DNA of 30,772 nt from Candidatus Bathyarchaeia archaeon (GTDB taxonomy: Archaea; Thermoproteota; Bathyarchaeia; Bathyarchaeales; Bathycorpusculaceae): the NCBI GenBank assembly GCA_038882975.1, contig JAVZNE010000012.1, forward strand, positions 1 through 30,772. The letters are read 5' to 3'. The notes under the pieces are model-generated. The model worked only from the letters and a program-made list of their open reading frames with translations, had not been told where the DNA came from and did no database searches. Made by a program: the position numbers and the translations under genes. The number at the start of each line of letters is the position of its first letter. Position 1 is the first letter of the stretch. This document shows positions 26,107-30,772 of this stretch, one piece after another.

Positions 26107-26577
26107 ATGAAGAGTTTAGAGGACGAAATTGTGGAAAAGGCGGTCTCCAGATTTAAAGAAGGCTATGCGTGTTCAGAATCCATCCTCATGACCTTCGCAG
26201 AAGCCCAAGGAATAAAATGCAAACAAATACCAAAAATCGCCACAGGATTCGCTGGAGGAATAGGTAGAAGTGGTTTCCTCTGCGGAGCACTAACGGGCGC
26301 GGTGATGGCTTTAGGTCTAATATACGGCAGAAACAATTTGGACGAAACATTGGCTTATGAGAAATGCATGGCTAAATGCCAAGAACTATGCAAGCTTTTT
26401 GAAAGCATTTGTGGAAGCATATACTGCCGAGACCTAACCCAATGTGACCTAACAACAATGGATGGAAGGCAAAAATTCAAAGAACAGCAAATAAGAGAGA
26501 AAGTATGCACAAAACTCGTGGAAAACTCTATGCGAATCCTTTTAAACATAACAAAAGAACGAGTTTTCGAAGGGTAA
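26107..26577 (+). CDS. C-GCAxxG-C-C family putative redox protein
   Basis: YACSES, GFAGGIG, LCGALTG, YCRDL, VCTKLV. Confidence 0.88.
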   Translation: MKSLEDEIVEKAVSRFKEGYACSESILMTFAEAQGIKCKQIPKIATGFAGGIGRSGFLCGALTGAVMALGLIYGRNNLDETLAYEKCMAKCQELCKLFESICGSIYCRDLTQCDLTTMDGRQKFKEQQIREKVCTKLVENSMRILLNITKERVFEG

Positions 26578-26580
26578 ACC

Positions 26581-26973
26581 ATGGACAAAAGGGAGCGGAT
26601 AAAAATCTCATTTGAATCCGGAATAACCATTCAATGTGAAATAAGTTTTGACGAAAACCCAAAAACCGCCGAAGCCCTTATGAAGGCCTTGCCCTTTGAA
26701 GCACGTGCAGAATTCTGGGGCAAAGAAATTTACTTCGAAGCGCCTTTTAAAGTTGGCTTAGAAAAAGCAAAAGCCATAGTTGATTATGGCGATGTAGCCT
26801 ACTGGCCTCAAGGACCAGCCCTATGCCTATTCTTCGGCCCAACCCTCTCAAGCCCATCGCCAAACATAATAAAACCCTACAGCCCAGTAAACGTTATAGG
26901 AAAAATAATCGAAAACCCAAAAATCCTCGAAAAAGTCGGCGAAGGCGAAAAACTAAAAGTTGAAAAATTATAG
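26581..26973 (+). CDS. Cyclophilin-like fold protein (COG2164/TM1367-like)
   Basis: PKTAEAL..ALP, WGKEIYF, GDVAYWPQG.ALCLFFGPT, SPVNVIGKI. Confidence 0.88.
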   Translation: MDKRERIKISFESGITIQCEISFDENPKTAEALMKALPFEARAEFWGKEIYFEAPFKVGLEKAKAIVDYGDVAYWPQGPALCLFFGPTLSSPSPNIIKPYSPVNVIGKIIENPKILEKVGEGEKLKVEKL

Positions 26974-27057
26974 CCACCATTAGCGAAGCAAAAAGGCATT
27001 AATCGAAAGCCCTAAATCTATAAACTTCTCATCTCACCCAGAAAACAGGTGGGGCGG

Positions 27058-27131
27058 GGGCCGGTAGTTCAGCTGGTATGAACGCCCGACTCGCACTCGG
27101 GAGGTCGCGGGTTCAAATCCCGCCCGGTCCA
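27058..27131 (+). tRNA. tRNA-Ala(CGC)
   Basis: Acceptor stem GGGCCGG/CCGGTCC with the G3:U70 Ala determinant. D stem GTTC/GAAC. Anticodon arm CCCGA-CT-CGC-AC-TCGGG. T arm GCGGG-TTCAAAT-CCCGC. Discriminator A. No intron, CCA not encoded. Confidence 0.97.
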
Positions 27132-27190
27132 CTTAATTTTTTAAGCGAATCCTTAAATAAAGGAACATTCTTTCCTTTAATTGATGAGGG

Positions 27191-28498
27191 TTGAGGGCTA
27201 AGTACGCTTATTTGCTTGAGGATGCGGATGTTCGGCGCTGGTTTGATAATCTTGCGGCTAAGTCTTATTTGACAGCCACTGTTTACTTTAGGAATCTTGG
27301 GTTTTACTGCGAGCTTAATGGGACTGATCCAAAAGCATTGCTTAAGGCTGCAAAGACTAAAGCTTTCAGGGATGCTTTCACCGATTTTGTCCGCAGGCTG
27401 GAGAGGGAGGGTAAGGCGGGCTCCTACATTGCAAGGTTCAAGAAGACGCTGCACTCCTGGTTCAGCTATAACGGCTTGGATGTTAGGCTTAAGGTTAATG
27501 TTAGGGGTGAGCATGAAACGCCAACCATAGCCAACGAAAGGGTTCCAAGCAAGGAGGAGCTTGACAGAATCCTCCGTATGGCTACTCCAAGGGCTAGGGT
27601 TTCAATAGCCCTCATGGCCTTCAGTGGGCTGAGGCCGCAAAGCCTAGGCAACTACACGGGAACAGATGGCATAAAGCTAGGCGATTTCCCAGAAGCCGAA
27701 GTGAACGAAGAAGGCATAACGTTCACCAAAGTTCCAGCCATGCTCGTGGTCAGAAGGGGATTAAGCAAGGCCAGACATCAATACTTCACCTTTGTTCCGC
27801 AGCAAACAATAACCTACATTCAAGAGTATCTGGAGGAAAGGGTTAAACAAGGCGAAGAATTGAGTAAGGATTCTCCGCTTCTGGGCTTTGACCCTAGAGG
27901 AGTTAAAAAGAACAGGTTTTTGAGGACAACCTTAGTGACGAGGGATATTCGCGAAGCCATTTTAAGGGCTGGATTTAATTGGAGGCCCTATGTTTTGAGA
28001 GCTTACTGCGACACAAACATGATCATAGCCGAGTCTAAGGGCAAGATTAGCCACCCGTACCTGCAGTTTATTATGGGGCATAAGGGCGACATAGAAGCCC
28101 GCTACAGCACAAACAAAGGCGTACTGCCGCCAGACATGATTGAGGACATGCGCAAATGCTACAAAGAATGCGAGCCCTTCCTAAGCACGGCAACCCAACC
28201 CCTAGAACAGTCAAGCATAATTAAGGAGGCTAAAATTGAAGCTTTGAAAAGCATGGCTAAAAGCCTCCTAGGAATAGACCTGCTAGACGTTAAGGTTGCA
28301 AAGGAAAGGCAGATTGGAAGAGAACTAAGCAAGGATGAGGAACTTGAGCTCTACGAGAGGGAATTGAAGAAGCTTAGAGAGGGAAAGCATAATCCGCAGA
28401 GGATAATACACGAAAAAGAGCTTGAGAAATACTTGGCAGAAGGGTGGCAGTTCGTAAGTGTGCTGCCTTCACGAAAAATCCTGATAAAAAAGCATTGA
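27191..28498 (+). CDS. Tyrosine recombinase / site-specific integrase
   Basis: FSGLRP (Arg I), LSKARH (Lys), PYVLR (YxxR in place of HxxR), MGH, RY (catalytic Tyr). Begins 60 nt after the tRNA 3' end. Confidence 0.9.
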   Translation: MRAKYAYLLEDADVRRWFDNLAAKSYLTATVYFRNLGFYCELNGTDPKALLKAAKTKAFRDAFTDFVRRLEREGKAGSYIARFKKTLHSWFSYNGLDVRLKVNVRGEHETPTIANERVPSKEELDRILRMATPRARVSIALMAFSGLRPQSLGNYTGTDGIKLGDFPEAEVNEEGITFTKVPAMLVVRRGLSKARHQYFTFVPQQTITYIQEYLEERVKQGEELSKDSPLLGFDPRGVKKNRFLRTTLVTRDIREAILRAGFNWRPYVLRAYCDTNMIIAESKGKISHPYLQFIMGHKGDIEARYSTNKGVLPPDMIEDMRKCYKECEPFLSTATQPLEQSSIIKEAKIEALKSMAKSLLGIDLLDVKVAKERQIGRELSKDEELELYERELKKLREGKHNPQRIIHEKELEKYLAEGWQFVSVLPSRKILIKKH

Positions 28499-28609
28499 GG
28501 AGAATTGTGAAGTTGTTTGGAAAGCATATTTCTAATAATTATTTAGAATGAATAAGCTTTACGTTAAGTTTGAACATGCTTTCTATGGTAACAGCATGGG
28601 CGATGCCAA

Positions 28610-28890
28610 TTGTCGATGGAAGATTGGATGCATAGGAAAGCTGAGGAAAACGCCCACAACGAGATATTAGCCTTTCTAATGACTATTTTGGGAGTGAACC
28701 TCTTAGTGGGCGGTTTAATTGTGACAATCCTTCTCGCCGGAGAGCCAGCTTGGCTCCTTATATTTCCATACACCGCGCAAGGATCCTCAGCCTACATAGG
28801 ATTAATCTTAACCAATGGAAAAAAGACTACAAAACAGTAAATCAAATACTGGAAGAATACGTAGGGAAGAGAAAGAAGGAGTCAAACTGA
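28610..28890 (+). pseudogene. Small membrane protein, apparently disrupted by an internal deletion/frameshift
   Basis: The second hydrophobic segment (SAYIGLILT) breaks off abruptly. A different frame continues QWKKDYKTVNQILEEYVGKRKKESN* to 28890, which looks like a natural C-terminus. Confidence 0.5.
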
Positions 28891-29003
28891 CACCATCCTA
28901 CGCAAACTTTTCTGTTATCTGCAACTAATCGAAGCTCTGCATATGTTTCTCAATAGTGTCGAACAAAAAGAGGGATTTGGACGAAAAGCGCGGGATTCTG
29001 GAT

Positions 29004-29378
29004 TTACATTCTCCTGATGCTTGTTTCATCTGAGGCTAATATTTTTCTAAGCTCGGCTACACGTGCTTCCACAACTTGGCATAACGCTGCTCTGAGCTGC
29101 TCTCCATTATAATTTCTTTCAACTTTTTTAACGTCATCTGCTAGGTAAGCGTCCCCTATAGTTGTCCTGATCCAATTTTCAAAGTCCCCGCGTTTAGAGT
29201 GAAACTCCACAGATTTTAAATCTACTGTTTTAAGTTTTTGGCAGAAGTCAGCCAGGCTAGTAGCATAAACTCCAATATACTGGCCTAGGCCCGTAAAGAA
29301 GAAGAAACCATTATTGTCGGGAACACGCCTAAGAATCTTCAAGGCGGTATCCATATCAACAACCATAACCTCACCCAT
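29004..29378 (-). CDS. DUF5752-family protein
   Basis: FFF..G.G.Y....A.SL.DF...L..V...SVEFH..RGDFENWI...IGD..LA pattern. Confidence 0.82.
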   Translation of the reverse strand: MGEVMVVDMDTALKILRRVPDNNGFFFFTGLGQYIGVYATSLADFCQKLKTVDLKSVEFHSKRGDFENWIRTTIGDAYLADDVKKVERNYNGEQLRAALCQVVEARVAELRKILASDETSIRRM

Positions 29379-29488
29379 AAATGTTTTAGTAATGTCTCCC
29401 CTTTAAGCTTGCGCGCTAAAACAACTTTCAAGAAGGTGTTTATAGGCAGTTTCTTACATTTAATGATAACGGGGGGTGACGTTCAGCC

Positions 29489-29817
<329 letters not shown>

Positions 29818-29841
29818 TTACTGATGTAGCGATAACTACAT

Positions 29842-30630
29842 TTGATGTGTATGAGCCAATACTATTTCCCATGTGGGATGAGGCCTGCTACGCTGGAAGA
29901 GAGATTGAGATTTTACAAGGAAGAGTTCAGGCTTGATAAGGTTGCGGAATGGTTTAAAGGCAGAAAAGATGTTGTGCGCTTTGCCGTAATTATTGGTAGA
30001 CATACAAAGATCTATCCAAAAGAATACGCGGAAGACGCCTCCACAACAATAATTATAGACGAATACAAAAGCTTGGAAGATGTGAAAGGTTGGATAATAG
30101 AGTTTATCCCAGAAGCAGTATACTATGACAGGAACGTTTACGATGAGAAGGGGAATATTGTTGGGCAAGAACTTGCCTTTGACATCGATCCGGAAAACAT
30201 CACCTGCCCGATACATGGAAGCCTTGAAGATAAAATGCGCAGGGGTCAAGGGCTAAGTTTCTGCGAACTTGAATTTCAGATGGTGAAAGATGAAACGATA
30301 AGGCTTTATGAGTATTTAGGAAGGCGATTTTCTCGCGTAAAAATAGTCTATTCTGGCAGAGGTTTTCATATACATGTTTTTGATGATGATGCTTATAAGT
30401 TAGGCGTTACTGAGCGTGAAGCCTTAGCAAGGGATGTCAAGGCAAGGGGCTTCAGCATAGACACATGGGTTACCACTGGTGATATGCGATTAATTCGCCT
30501 TCCATACAGCTTGAACGGCTTAGTATCTAGGATTGTGATTCCACTAGATAAAAGTGAGATGCAACCATTTGACCCAAGCAACGATCGAAGGTGTGTACCG
30601 AAATTTCTTGATATTCAGCTTAAAAGTTAG
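29842..30630 (+). CDS. Compact archaeo-eukaryotic primase (PriS-like) protein
   Basis: ELAFDIDP (DxD), VYSGRGFHIH, SIDTWVT...RLIRLPYSLN and a possible Zn site CPIH...FC. Start may be 29842, 29845 or 29851. Confidence 0.85.
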   Translation: MMCMSQYYFPCGMRPATLEERLRFYKEEFRLDKVAEWFKGRKDVVRFAVIIGRHTKIYPKEYAEDASTTIIIDEYKSLEDVKGWIIEFIPEAVYYDRNVYDEKGNIVGQELAFDIDPENITCPIHGSLEDKMRRGQGLSFCELEFQMVKDETIRLYEYLGRRFSRVKIVYSGRGFHIHVFDDDAYKLGVTEREALARDVKARGFSIDTWVTTGDMRLIRLPYSLNGLVSRIVIPLDKSEMQPFDPSNDRRCVPKFLDIQLKS

Positions 30631-30636
30631 AAAGCC

Positions 30637-30753
30637 TTAACCTCTAGACGCAACGATGTTACTTTTCTTTACCTCTTTAGCCTTTTTCTCCTTTTTACGA
30701 TAGTAGTAATACCTTTTCTTCTTTTCCTCTTCCCCTTTTTCTCCACTTCCCAT
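30637..30753 (-). CDS. Small Lys/Glu-rich hypothetical peptide
   Basis: Not in the ORF track (38 aa). SD GAGGT, then MGSGEKGEEEKKKRYYYYRKKEKKAKEVKKSNIVASRG*. Stop is 6 nt from the convergent primase stop. Confidence 0.5.
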   Translation of the reverse strand: MGSGEKGEEEKKKRYYYYRKKEKKAKEVKKSNIVASRG

Positions 30754-30772
30754 AACTCTACCTCAAACTATT

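Noticed and set aside
28971-29000. GCGGGATT and AGGGATTTG resemble the reverse complement of the tRNA-Ala T arm (possible attR)
   Set aside because: Only about 8 bp match and in inverted orientation. An att site should be a longer direct repeat.

Overview
Archaeal chromosomal window. Fibrillarin/Nop5, Trm1, FtsZ2, a NosD-type surface protein, DUF5752 and a Zn-ferredoxin suggest a TACK lineage such as Bathyarchaeia (inference only). Bases 1-27.1 kb are mostly housekeeping: a redox trio, a PEPCK/HprK-like P-loop protein, tRNA methylthiotransferase, cdrS-ftsZ2, an AT-rich beta-helix surface protein, nadX, PHP, metG, trm1, dppA, NTPase, rnhB, an HTH regulator, flpA/nop5, pyrD/pyrK, ileS and tRNA-Ala(CGC). 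After the tRNA come a tyrosine integrase, two apparently broken genes, a DUF5752 gene and a compact PriS-like primase. Manual reading adds short genes absent from the ORF track: a Cys/His-rich 49-aa peptide, CdrS and a 38-aa charged peptide. It also shows that metG and the in-frame downstream PHP gene both lack canonical start codons. I see no clear-cut new multi-gene system. The best leads are the metG-PHP non-canonical initiation/readthrough arrangement, the Cys/His peptide, the integrase + primase region and the degenerate PEPCK-like protein. All family calls come from motif recognition, not database searches.
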